From Eledone cirrhosa (lineage: Eukaryota), in the NCBI GenBank assembly GCA_964016885.1, contig OZ024741.1, positions 82,274,001 through 82,338,000 of the forward strand: a stretch of DNA of 64,000 nt, in the 5' to 3' direction. A program made the position numbers and the translations under genes. Below, piece by piece: positions 30,176 to 42,764 of the stretch. Under the pieces are notes generated by a model that ran no database searches, was not told the origin of the DNA, and saw only the letters and a program-made list of their open reading frames with translations. Each line of letters begins with the position of its first letter. Position 1 is the stretch's first letter.

Positions 30176-30596
30176 TAAAATTATTGAGTAACGGCTTTTT
30201 TTTTAAATAGAAACAAATTACAAAAAAGTATGAAAATAAATGAAGAGAAAGCTAGGTGTAATTTAGTAACACTTAATATGTTATAGTAGAAATGATCCTC
30301 GATAACAATATTTTCTGAACCAGTTAATTAATTTGAATATCTGCTATGGCCTTTAAAGAGGATGGCTGATATCAGATAAAACATATTAAATTTGTCGCAA
30401 TTTATGTTGCAGATATGTGTTGAAGTTTGTCTTTATCATAATTGTTCTTCGAACACATGGTTCTTCTGTGATATTCGGTTCATTATGGTTATGATGATCA
30501 TAGTATCTGATATGGAGGTTACCATGTTACCATTATCAGCTGTGTATCTTTAGTGCACTGCGATAATGTGTTTGATGATTTTATAGAAAGAATAAA

Positions 30597-30627
<31 letters not shown>

Positions 30628-31209
30628 TGTATGTATGTATGTATGTATGTATGTATGTATGTATGTATGTGTATATGTAGTATGTATGCTGGTATGTATG
30701 TATATATGCATGCATACATACATACATTTATATATGCCACAATATTCATGTATTGAATTGTACACGCCAACATTTATGAATTTATGCATAATGTATTATA
30801 ATAAAAGGGTTATTACATTTTAGATAATCTCTCTGCACAGAAAGCGTATCAATAATATTGAGTTTATCAAATATTTGTATGTTATAAATATTATATAGCT
30901 TAATATTCCATATATATTTATGTGTTAAAACGTATCACTTTCCCTGATACCACGGGGTAATTACTTCTGTTCTAGTAGCCTGTTGAGAATAGCACATAAT
31001 TCTGACATATTATGAAACATTTTAGTATATGGAAGTATATTTAATACCTATATGATGTTAAAAGGATTATATCATTCTATGATACAGCGGCATGGTGTAA
31101 TAATTTAAAATATTGACATTCCTAAACATACACAGAAGGACGCACACAAACAAACATACACACATACGAATACACACACACACGTATATATATATATATA
31201 TATATATAA

Positions 31210-31522
31210 ATGGAAAAATGAAATTTCATTTCTCACTCTTAGTACGGTTGATACTTAAGTATAAGTATGTATACGTACATACATATATGTATACAGACCT
31301 ACAGTAGTATGTATATACATACATACATGAACACAGATATATATGTACGTATGGGTTTATCGAACATTATTATAATGCTCGGTTTGTTTGTAAATAAACA
31401 GCGCGTTTGTTTACAAACAAACCGAGCATTCATACGTACATATATATGTGTGTGCATGTATGTATATACATACTACTGTACGTCTGTATACATATATGTA
31501 TGTACGTTTACAGACTTATATA
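31210..31522. mobile_element. Inverted pair of fragments of the 23410 family
   Basis: Matches tacaaaca.accgagcat...catactactgtacgtctgtatacat in both orientations about a centre near 31402. Confidence 0.75.
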
Positions 31523-31529
31523 TATATAA

Positions 31530-31714
31530 ATGTTTCTACTTTAGGCACAAGGCCAGCAATTATCCAGTACATTACTGGTACTTTATTTTATCGACCCCGT
31601 AAGGATGAACGGCAAAGTTAACCCTGGCGGGATTTGAACTCAGACTGTAAAGGGACGTAACTATGCTAGAAAGCATGGCGTCCAATCCTCTACCGATACT
31701 GTCAATTCACCGCC
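31530..31714 (-). mobile_element. tRNA-derived SINE
   Basis: Reverse complement of the family consensus (gggatttgaactc B box). Confidence 0.85.
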
Positions 31715-31829
31715 TTTATATATATATATAAAGATATATATATATAAAGATATATAAAGATATATGTATATAAACATATATATGTTTATATATATATATA
31801 TATATATGTAGATATATGGATATAAAGGG

Positions 31830-31862
<33 letters not shown>

Positions 31863-32498
31863 CAGTGAGAGATTGAGAGAGAAAGAGAAAGAGAGAGAGA
31901 ACGAGTGAGATAGAGAGAGCTAGAGAGGACGAGAGGGGGAGAGGTAAATATATGGTAGATAAATTTAAAGATAGATATATCATGTTAATATACCCCAAGT
32001 TGTAATATAATGTAATATAATATTAATTTTGCTCCACAGTCGTATATTATGATTTAAACAGTTTGACATTACATATTATTGTGAGAATCCTTCTGTTCTG
32101 CATTTACGACATGACTATCTCCAGTTTTGATGGTGTGCTTTCGTGTTTCTGGATTAATGGAACAGCCTGCTCAGAAATTAAAATATAAGTGGCTGCGCAT
32201 TCTACAGATAGGTTTAACCCGAACACAATTCTGAAGAAGAATCAGCTCAGCTAGATTTCATGATTCCTTATTGTCAACTCATGAGTATATACGTTTTATA
32301 TATGCTTCATTTTCAATATGAAAAAATCCTCATAAATTAGATATGAAAGCAACAACATTTGTTGCATTACGAACGCTAGATGGAGATACATGTCTCTGTA
32401 ATGGAATAATGGGATCGTAGGATTACTCTCGTTACATTTAAATCTGGGCAATACGTGGACACGTAAAAATGTAGTAAGCAGTTTTTTTCCAGAAAGAA

Positions 32499-32602
<104 letters not shown>

Positions 32603-33114
32603 GTGAAAGAGAACAAACACCATGTTCTGGAATATTATTTATTTTATCAATCTTCAAATGATGGAAGGCAAATTTGACGACGATGGTATTAGATCTCAGA
32701 GTGCTGATAGACGAAAGAATAACACAAAGCAATCTATTTGACGTTCTAACACATCAGCCAATTCTCTGTCTCCACTACGTATGAAATAAATTAAAAAAAA
32801 GATAAGAAGTACAACTTATGTTGGACTATTTATGTTTACAGAAAATAATAATCTAAAAACAATTTTTGAATAAAAATTCGAGAATGGTGTTTTCTTTTCG
32901 GTATTTTTTCATGGACAAAAATTTTCAACATGATGTAACGTTATTTACAACTAGTAATAAACGTCTTAATATTAGTATATTCTAAATTAACCACAGAAAG
33001 TTGGAGAGAGATCGAGGGATGTGTGCAAGCGCGCTATATGTAAAAGGGAGAGATTAAATCAATAAGTTTCTTTTCCCTGTTTGCCTATCTTACAAGCACA
33101 AGTTATACATCCAG

Positions 33115-33276
33115 TATGTGGATCAAACCTGATGCTGGATTCGCATGCTCCTCAGTTACGTCTAGTAATTTCGAAGCAAATCCCCTTACTATATCCATAT
33201 TATTATACTCTGCTCCGAAGGAGCATAGAGTACTCAACCGTCCTACGGCCTATGGACGCATCCAAGCAACCTTACT

Positions 33277-33281
<5 letters not shown>
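33115..33281 (+). repeat. ~165-bp repeat; inverted diverged copy at 39529-39695
   Basis: atgtggatcaaacctga...gcaaccttactacaa versus its reverse complement; each copy ends in (TA)n. Confidence 0.85.
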
Positions 33282-33342
<61 letters not shown>

Positions 33343-33389
33343 AATGAATAATAACAGGTAGACATCATAAAAAGGTAATTTATTCCGTG

Positions 33390-33501
33390 TGCTTACAAGT
33401 GTTTCCACGGTGGTACTCTAGCCTAGTTCCGCTACGTGCAAATTCACAAGTACTTGCAGAACTCGAATATCCAATGCTGTGACCACTGTTTCCTCAGAGC
33501 A
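33390..33501 (-). ncRNA. Hammerhead ribozyme in PLE pLTR (long stem II)
   Basis: Minus strand: tgct-CTGAGGA-aacagtggt...accaccgtg-GAAAC-ACTT-GTA-agca. Confidence 0.65.
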
Positions 33502-33992
33502 GAATGGTAAATATACAATGTAAATACCCTTAAGTGGGGTTGTTGGGGAAGATAGAGTAGAACAGGAAGAGAGAAAAGTAGGGAAGAGGGAGAGAGAAAG
33601 AAAGATATGCAGGGGTTGGAGAAGTAGGAGAGAGTGGCTTGTAGATATCTTAATCAAAATGTTATGGTAGGGGTTTTATTATACTGGTTACTTTGGAGAG
33701 ATGCGTTGATAGTTAAGGTCGGAATTATTTATTGCCCCAGAGGGCAGGTTCATAGATGTTGAGAGGGAGGTAGGTCAAAGGTGAGAGAGAGAGAGTGTAA
33801 TTGATGTAGAGAGAGATAGGTAGAGAGGGGACAGACAAAGTATGTGTGGTGAGTGAACTTTGGGTTTGTAGTAGTAATCTAGGAATTGCACTGAGTTACC
33901 ATGTATAGTGATAAGCAGTGTATTGTCTTGTAGTGTGGGGGGAAGAGAAGGTTGTTAGCTAGAAAGTGGTGTTATAGTTACGGGTTCGAATG

Positions 33993-36091
33993 TTAAGTTA
34001 TTTTATAGTGAGAGAATTTAGCTTTTAGTTTGTGGTTGCAGTATAATGATCGTTCAATTCTATCGTTAAGTAGTTTGTTTTGGGATGTTAATATGTAAAA
34101 TAGTTCAAGGTTACATAACCTGCAGTACTTCAATCCACTCCGATATGCACTTGTGCTGGAAAGTATATCCCATTTTAAGATGAACTGTTGGTTGTGTTCA
34201 CGGAGTTGCCAGGTCTTGTTGGCGAGCGTGGTCACAAAACGGTGATTCGGATGTTTGATTGAGAATCGAGGACGGTACCAGCGAGATTTAAATGATGTGG
34301 TGGTAGATCCGATATAATACCATTTCTGATCGTTCGATTCAACCGTGCATTGGTAAACAATGTTGGACTTCAGGCATTCATTCTGCAATGGACATCTTTC
34401 AGGTAGATGGCAGTTACATTCTTTGTTGTGGGTAGCGGGTATACCATGCATAGGTTGTGATAGCGGTACAGGTGGGTTGTGTAATACCCGTCTCCCATTT
34501 AGTGGTTGGGAGGCAGATATTGCGTTCTGCCCATCTGTACTAAAATGTTTTGTTTTGTAGAGTTGTTTAATTGGCTTAAGTTAAGTTTGTTTATGTATGC
34601 TTCAAGGTTTGGTGCTGTGGAGTATGATAGTCTAATAGTTTTAGAGTTCAGAATGTTGCTGTATTTATAGGAACTAGGGAAGTGTTTGTTGATTAATTTA
34701 AAGAATGAAAGAGATAGTTTTGTACTAATCGAGGCATTAAAAATAGGATTATACCAGATATACTTTCTACAAAGTGATTTATTTGGTGGTGATCTTCTAT
34801 TATTAGTATGTCTGGTAGTACTGTGTGTGTGTGCTTGTGTTTTAGTCCCCCGGTTACGTATTCCTTGATTTAGTGTAGAGCTATGTGTGTTATGGAAATT
34901 CCTATCGATGTATTCTATTGTATCCCGGTGGTCAGCATTCCTTAATGCATTATTGTAGTATTCAGCGTGTTCACTAAAAATATCAGAGTTAGACGATAGG
35001 CGAGAGATTCTAAGAGAAATACTCCGGGGAACTGATTTGATCATGGAGAGTGGGTGGTTAGAGTTAAAGTTAATATACGTAAGGTTCTCATTTACTTTGT
35101 GGAAGGGTCGTATCTGTCCGGTATTTAAATTAAGAGTTACGTCCAGAAATTTTACTACTTTAAGATTGTATTCGTATGTTATTTTTAGACCCAGTTCACT
35201 AAAAGATTTTCTAATATTTTTCCGTAGCCTTTCAAGATTTTGGTTATTCACGTTATTAACTAATAAGAGCCCGTCATCTCTGTATATCCCCCCCTGTAGA
35301 TTACTAAATTTACTATGTAATATGTGGGCTATGTAAATTCCCACGAGATCCGTGACCTCCGCCGAGTCGTTGGAACCCATGGTAATATCGAAATTTGTGG
35401 GTCTGTCCTTACGTTCCCAGTAGCAGTTATCGAACTTAATAATGGTTTTTCTAACCTCGAGAATAATATTAATTTCGTCCTCCGTTAGGTCGGAATTGGC
35501 CTTAGCAAACGATACGGCCTTACGTAAAGTGCTTGGTGAGATGGAAGAGTAGTATTCGTCTATGTCAAATTGTATAAACTTAGATTTATTCTTATTCTTA
35601 ACATTATTAAACCAGCGAATTGCTTCGCTAGTGTTGCCCCATAATTTAATTTCAATTTTCTTTTTCACTTGAGTTATTACTCTGTCAAGTATATGTTTGC
35701 TAATTTTCCCTATGTCTGATTTAGAAGGGCATATAAGTCTGATCTTAGGGTTAGAGTCAAAATTTACCTTATGGTCCTTCAGGTTGAAGGTGGGGGTAGC
35801 GGGTATAATCGGCTCGGTTCTATCGTCTATTTTGAGATTATTCACCACTTTATATGGTTCGTTGTTAATATTTGCTAGCGTAGTTTCATTTGTTTTTCTA
35901 TATTTTTTGTGTAGTTCGTTGCGTATGAAGTTATTGTACGTATCGATATCCATGGTATACACGTTAGAAGTCTTGTCAGCTTTCACAACAATTCCATTGG
36001 TATTTTGCAATCTTCGGAGTAGTGCTTTGATGTTGTTCTGCAGCTCATTATTTCTATGTTTGTTGAACTTAATGTTCATGGTCGTTTTCAT
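33993..36091 (-). pseudogene. PLE polyprotein RT + GIY-YIG, one frameshift near 34540
   Basis: FIQFDIDEYYSSI, ITMGSNDSAEVTDLVG, IYRDDGL, FLDVTLNL (RT); CNC..CPL..CL..NIVY..YYIGST..FKSRW (Neptune-type Zn linker + GIY-YIG). Confidence 0.92.
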
Positions 36092-38670
36092 TACACAAAA
36101 AATATAGAAAAACAAATGAAACTACGCTAGCAAATATTAACAACGAGGCATATAAAGTGGTGAATAATCTCAAAATAGACGATAGAACCGAGCCGATTAT
36201 ACCCGCTACCCCCACCTTCAACCTGAAGGACCATAAGGTAAATTTTGACTCTAACCCTAAGATCAGACTTATATGCCCTTCTAAATCAGACATAGAGAAA
36301 ATTAGCAAACATATACTTGACAGGGTAATAACTCAAGTGAAAAAGAAAATTGAAATTAAATTATGGGGCAACACTAGCGAAGCAATTCGCTGGTTTAATA
36401 ATGTTAAGAATAAGAATAAATCTAAGTTTATACAATTTGACATAGACGAATACTACTCTTCCATCTCACCAAGCACTTTACGTAAGGCCCTATCGTTTGC
36501 TAAGGCCAATTCCGACCTAACGGAGGACGAAATTAATATTATTCTCGAGGCTAGAAAAACCATTATTAAGTTCGATAACTGCTACTGGGACCGTAAGGAC
36601 AGACCCACAAATTTCGATATTACCATGGGTTCCAACGACTCGGCGGAGGTCACGGATCTCGTGGGAATTTACATAGCCCACATATTACATAGTAAATTTA
36701 GTAATCTACAGGGGGAATATACAGAGATGACGGGCTCTTATTAGTTAATAACGTGAATAACCAAAATCTTGAAAGGCTACGGAAAAATATTAGAAAATCT
36801 TTTAGTGAACTGGGTCTAAAAATAACATACGAATACAATCTTAAAGTAGTAAAATTTCTGGACGTAACTCTTAATTTAAATACCGGACAGATACGACCCT
36901 TCCACAAAGTAAATGAGAACCTTACGTATATTAACTTTAACTCTAACCACCCACTCTCCATGATCAAATCAGTTCCCCGGAGTATTTCTCTTAGAATCTC
37001 TCGCCTATCGTCTAACTCTGATATTTTTAGTGAACACGCTGAATACTACAATAATGCATTAAGGAATGCTGACCACCGGGATACAATAGAATACATCGAT
37101 AGGAATTTCCATAACACACATAGCTCTACACGAAATCAAGGAATACGTAACCGGGGGACTAAAACACAAGCACACACACACAGTACTACCAGACATACTA
37201 ATAATAGAAGATCACCACCAAATAAATCACTTTGTAGAAAGTATATCTGGTACAATCCTATTTTTAATGCCTCGATTAGTACAAAACTATCTCTTTCATT
37301 CTTTAAATTAATCAACAAACACTTCCCTAGTTCCTATAAATACAGCAAAATTCTGAACTCTAAAACTATTAGACTATCATACTCCACGGCACCAAACCTT
37401 GAAGCATACATAAAAAAACTTAACTTAAGGCAATTAAACAACTCTACAAAACAAAACATTTTAGTAACAGATGGGCAGAACGCAATATCTGCCTCCCAAC
37501 CACTAAATGGGAGACGGGTATTACACAACCCACCTGTACCGCTATCACAACCTATCCTTGGTATACCCGCTACCCACAACAAAGAATGTAACTGCCATCT
37601 ACCTGAAAGATGTCCATTGCAGAATGAATGCCTGAAGTCCAACATTGTTTACCAATGCACGGTTGAATCGAACGACCAGAAATGGTATTATATCGGATCT
37701 ACCACCACATCATTTAAATCTCGCTGGTACCGTCCTCGATTCTCAAACAAACATCCGAATCACCGTTTTGTGACCACGCTCGCCAACAAGACCTGGCAAC
37801 TCCGTAAACACAACCAGCAGTTCACCTTAAAATGGGATATATTCCAGCGCAAGTGCATATCGGAGTGGATTGAAGTACTGCAGGTTATGTAACCTTGAGC
37901 TATTTTACATATTAAAATCCCAAAACAAACTACTTAACGATAGAATTGAACGATCATTATACTGCAACCACAAACTAAAAGCTAAATTCTCTCACTATAA
38001 AATAACTTAACATTCGAACCCGTAACTATAACACCACTTTCTAGCTAACAACCTTCTCTTCCCCCCACACTACAAGACAATACACTGCTTATCACTATAC
38101 ATGGTAACTCAGTGCAATTCCTAGATTACTACTACAAACCCAAAGTTCACTCACCACACATACTTTGTCTGTCCCCTCTCTACCTATCTCTCTCTACATC
38201 CATTACACTCTCTCTCTCTCACCTTTGACCTACCTCCCTCTCAACATCTATGAACCTGCCCTCTGGGGCAATAAATAATTCCGACCTTAACTATCAACGC
38301 ATCTCTCCAAAAGTAACCAGTATAATAAAACCCCTACCATAACATTTTGATTAAGATATCTACAAGCCACTCTCTCCTACTTCTCCAACCCCTGCATATC
38401 TTTCTTTCTCTCTCCCTCTTCCCTACTTTTCTCTCTTCCTGTTCTACTCTATCTTCCCCAACAACCCCACTTAAGGGTATTTACATTGTACATTTACCAT
38501 TCTGCTCTGAGGAAACAGTGGTCACAGCATTGGATATTCGAGTTCTGCAAGTACTTGTGAATTTGCACGTAGCGGAACTAGGCTGCAGTACCACCGTGGA
38601 AACACTTTTAAGCACACGGAATAAATTACCTTTTTATGATGTCTACCTGTTATTATTTATTCTTTATATA
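36092..38670 (+). mobile_element. Neptune-type PLE, right arm of inverted pair (frameshifts near 36712 and 37843)
   Basis: Near-identical reverse complement of 33338-35913; ORFs 36157-36744 and 36753-37892. Confidence 0.92.
38503..38614 (+). ncRNA. Hammerhead ribozyme in right-arm pLTR (TTA in place of GTA)
   Basis: tgct-CTGAGGA...GAAAC-ACTT-TTA-agca. Confidence 0.55.
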
Positions 38671-38806
38671 CACTCCGGAATACTGAAGGATCAGGAACTA
38701 AGTTTCTTGAACAATTCTTCCATAACTCGTAGAGTAAGCTCTTACCGTACGTCAACCATATCCAGTGTAGTAATTAACCATTACTACATATTGGATAATC
38801 CTATAC

Positions 38807-38850
<44 letters not shown>

Positions 38851-38914
38851 CAAGTATTGCAACAAGAAAAATAAAAACGTCGACGTGAGGAGATTATACA
38901 CGCACACACACATA

Positions 38915-38960
<46 letters not shown>

Positions 38961-39028
38961 ATCTCTTCACGTCCACGTTTTATTTTTTTTGTTGCAATAC
39001 TTGCTTATATATATATATATACGACAAA

Positions 39029-39081
39029 GAGATTCCTGATGATTTCTAAAGAATGAAACAGTTCTAGTCCTGTAGAATCTC
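39029..39081 (+). ncRNA. Stand-alone type I hammerhead ribozyme
   Basis: gagattc-CTGATGA-t-ttc(taaa)gaa-t-GAAA-cag(ttctagtc)ctg-TA-gaatctc; 7-bp stem I. Confidence 0.85.
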
Positions 39082-39463
39082 ATCTATATTAAAACTATAT
39101 ATATATATAGGTTTGTTGGTTCACCACTGGATAGAATTGGTCATTCCGTATGGCCAATGTGGATGTAATATTATGGAGAGTACTCAACGTAATGCAGCTC
39201 ACCCGTCTTAGTTTGTGTAGTTGGTAGTGCGAGTACGGAGTTAATTATTATAATAAAATAACAGGCGGCGGGACTTGTGTAAATCCTTGAAACGTTTATT
39301 GTACTATCAGCATTTCAATGACCTGGTTCCGAATGAATCCGGTGATATCATCAGGTATTCGAAAATAACAAAGGAATAAAACAGACAAAATCCATGGGGA
39401 TGAAAATCATAAACAAGAGACGACCGACCGTCTAGCATCTTCTACCTTAGACGGTTACCCTCC

Positions 39464-39532
<69 letters not shown>

Positions 39533-39784
39533 GTAGTAAGGTTGCTTGGATGCGTCCATAGGCGGTATGCCGGTTTAGTACTCTATGCTCCTTCGGAGCA
39601 GAGTATAATAATATGGATATAGTAAGAAGATTTGCTTCGAAATCACTAGACGTAACTGAGAAGCATGCGAATCCAGCGTCAGGTTCGACCCACATAGAGA
39701 TCGCACCTCGAGCTATTCGGTAGAGAAACAATTGAAATACGTAATAAATTATGATCCGATGCATCACTGATTCTTCGATTTCCG

Positions 39785-39815
<31 letters not shown>

Positions 39816-39820
<5 letters not shown>

Positions 39821-41960
39821 ATAAATGCTCTGAAATAGCGATATATATGTGAATATAGACATAGAATATTCGAAAATATTCTGTATGTTTATAATAAACA
39901 TTTTGAAGACCTAATCGCTATAGAATAGAATACGTCACGTATTACAATTAGATTCTCGATAAAAGCAAGGGAAGTAATCTACGCGTTTCATTCTCGTTAG
40001 AAATCATCAGGACTACATATCCAGTGCTTTTATCGAGAATGACACAGCTAGAGACTTATAGAATACTTAGCTGTGTACAGGAACTGGTTTGAAAGAGCGG
40101 TTGCCGGTCCGGCAGAAATTAGAAATTGGAATAAATGCTCTGAAATAGCGATATATATGTGAATATAGACATAGAATATTCGAAAATATTCTGTATGTTT
40201 ATAATAAACATTTTGAAGACCTAATCGCTATAGAATAGAATACGTCACGTATTACAATTAGATTCTCGATAAAAGCAAGGGAAGTAATCTACGCGTTTCA
40301 TTCTCGTTAGAAATCATCAGGACTACATATCCAGTGCTTTTATCGAGAATGACACAGCTAGAGACTTATAGAATACTTAGCTGTGTACAGGAACTGGTTT
40401 GAAAGAGCGGTTGCCGGTCCGGCAGAAATTAGAAATTGGAATAAATGCTCTGAAATAGCGATATATATGTGAATATAGACATAGAATATTCGAAAATATT
40501 CTGTATGTTTATAATAAACATTTTGAAGACCTAATCGCTATAGAATAGAATACGTCACGTATTACAATTAGATTCTCGATAAAAGCAAGGGAAGTAATCT
40601 ACGCGTTTCATTCTCGTTAGAAATCATCAGGACTACATATCCAGTGCTTTTATCGAGAATGACACAGCTAGAGACTTATAGAATACTTAGCTGTGTACAG
40701 GAACTGGTTTGAAAGAGCGGTTGCCGGTCCGGCAGAAATTAGAAATTGGAATAAATGCTCTGAAATAGCGATATATATGTGAATATAGACATAGAATATT
40801 CGAAAATATTCTGTATGTTTATAATAAACATTTTGAAGACCTAATCGCTATAGAATAGAATACGTCACGTATTACAATTAGATTCTCGATAAAAGCAAGG
40901 GAAGTAATCTACGCGTTTCATTCTCGTTAGAAATCATCAGGACTACATATCCAGTGCTTTTATCGAGAATGACACAGCTAGAGACTTATAGAATACTTAG
41001 CTGTGTACAGGAACTGGTTTGAAAGAGCGGTTGCCGGTCCGGCAGAAATTAGAAATTGGAATAAATGCTCTGAAATAGCGATATATATGTGAATATAGAC
41101 ATAGAATATTCGAAAATATTCTGTATGTTTATAATAAACATTTTGAAGACCTAATCGCTATAGAATAGAATACGTCACGTATTACAATTAGATTCTCGAT
41201 AAAAGCAAGGGAAGTAATCTACGCGTTTCATTCTCGTTAGAAATCATCAGGACTACATATCCAGTGCTTTTATCGAGAATGACACAGCTAGAGACTTATA
41301 GAATACTTAGCTGTGTACAGGAACTGGTTTGAAAGAGCGGTTGCCGGTCCGGCAGAAATTAGAAATTGGAATAAATGCTCTGAAATAGCGATATATATGT
41401 GAATATAGACATAGAATATTCGAAAATATTCTGTATGTTTATAATAAACATTTTGAAGACCTAATCGCTATAGAATAGAATACGTCACGTATTACAATTA
41501 GATTCTCGATAAAAGCAAGGGAAGTAATCTACGCGTTTCATTCTCGTTAGAAATCATCAGGACTACATATCCAGTGCTTTTATCGAGAATGACACAGCTA
41601 GAGACTTATAGAATACTTAGCTGTGTACAGGAACTGGTTTGAAAGAGCGGTTGCCGGTCCGGCAGAAATTAGAAATTGGAATAAATGCTCTGAAATAGCG
41701 ATATATATGTGAATATAGACATAGAATATTCGAAAATATTCTGTATGTTTATAATAAACATTTTGAAGACCTAATCGCTATAGAATAGAATACGTCACGT
41801 ATTACAATTAGATTCTCGATAAAAGCAAGGGAAGTAATCTACGCGTTTCATTCTCGTTAGAAATCATCAGGACTACATATCCAGTGCTTTTATCGAGAAT
41901 GACACAGCTAGAGACTTATAGAATACTTAGCTGTGTACAGGAACTGGTTTGAAAGAGCGG
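39816..41960 (-). repeat. Tandem array of 310-bp HHR-containing units (6.9 copies), retrozyme/pLTR-like
   Basis: ttggaataaatgctc recurs at 39816, 40126, 40436, 40746, 41056, 41366 and 41676; the copies look identical. Confidence 0.97.
39974..40016 (-). ncRNA. Minimal hammerhead ribozyme (repeated at 40284, 40594, 40904, 41214, 41524, 41834)
   Basis: Minus strand: gtagtc-CTGATGA-t-ttct(aacg)agaa-t-GAAAC-GC-GTA-gattac; stem I extended by a 16-bp attctcgataaaagca/tgcttttatcgagaat helix. Confidence 0.88.
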
Positions 41961-42650
41961 GGTCTTCAAAATGTTTATTATAAACATACAGAATATTTTC
42001 GAATATTCTATGTCTATATTCACATATATATCGCTATTTCAGAGCATTTATTCCAATTTCTAATTTCTGCCGGACCGGCAACCGCTCTTTCAAACCAGTT
42101 CCTGTACACAGCTAAGTATTCTATAAGTCTCTAGCTGTGTCATTCTCGATAAAAGCACTGGATATGTAGTCCTGATGATTTCTAACGAGAATGAAACGCG
42201 TAGATTACTTCCCTTGCTTTTATCGAGAATCTAATTGTAATACGTGACGTATTCTATTCTATAGCGATTAGGTCTTCAAAATGTTTATTATAAACATACA
42301 GAATATTTTCGAATATTCTATGTCTATATTCACATATATATCGCTATTTCAGAGCATTTATTCCAATTTCTAATTTCTGCCGGACCGGCAACCGCTCTTT
42401 CAAACCAGTTCCTGTACACAGCTAAGTATTCTATAAGTCTCTAGCTGTGTCATTCTCGATAAAAGCACTGGATATGTAGTCCTGATGATTTCTAACGTGA
42501 ATGAAACGCGTAGATTACTTCCCTTGCTTTTATCGAGAATCTAATTGTAATACGTGACGTATTCTATTCTATAGCGATTAGGTCTTCAAAATGTTTATTA
42601 TAAACATACAGAATATTTTCGAATATTCTATGTCTATATTCACATATATA
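41961..42650 (+). repeat. Inverted continuation of the 310-bp array (2.2 copies; HHRs at 42166-42208 and 42476-42518)
   Basis: Reverse complement of the unit; the second HHR has an A>T change in stem II; ends in (TA)n. Confidence 0.96.
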
Positions 42651-42685
42651 TATATATAAATCTATATATATAAATATATATATAT

Positions 42686-42730
<45 letters not shown>

Positions 42731-42764
42731 TATACATATATATCTACATATATATATATATATT

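Larger units (their letters stand above)
33338..36091 (-). mobile_element. Neptune-type Penelope-like element, 5'-truncated (left arm of inverted pair)
   Basis: RT ORF, Cys-rich linker, GIY-YIG, long 3' UTR with HHR; 3' end at (TA)n. Confidence 0.92.

Noticed and set aside
33135-33160. Minus-strand CTGAGGA-gcatgc-GAAT as a hammerhead
   Set aside because: No GAAA, no stem I or III pairing, and the other copy reads CTGAGAA.
39816-42650. CRISPR-like array or ordinary satellite
   Set aside because: Units are identical with no variable spacers and the context is eukaryotic; the HHR per unit and the inversion fit a PLE/retrozyme origin better.
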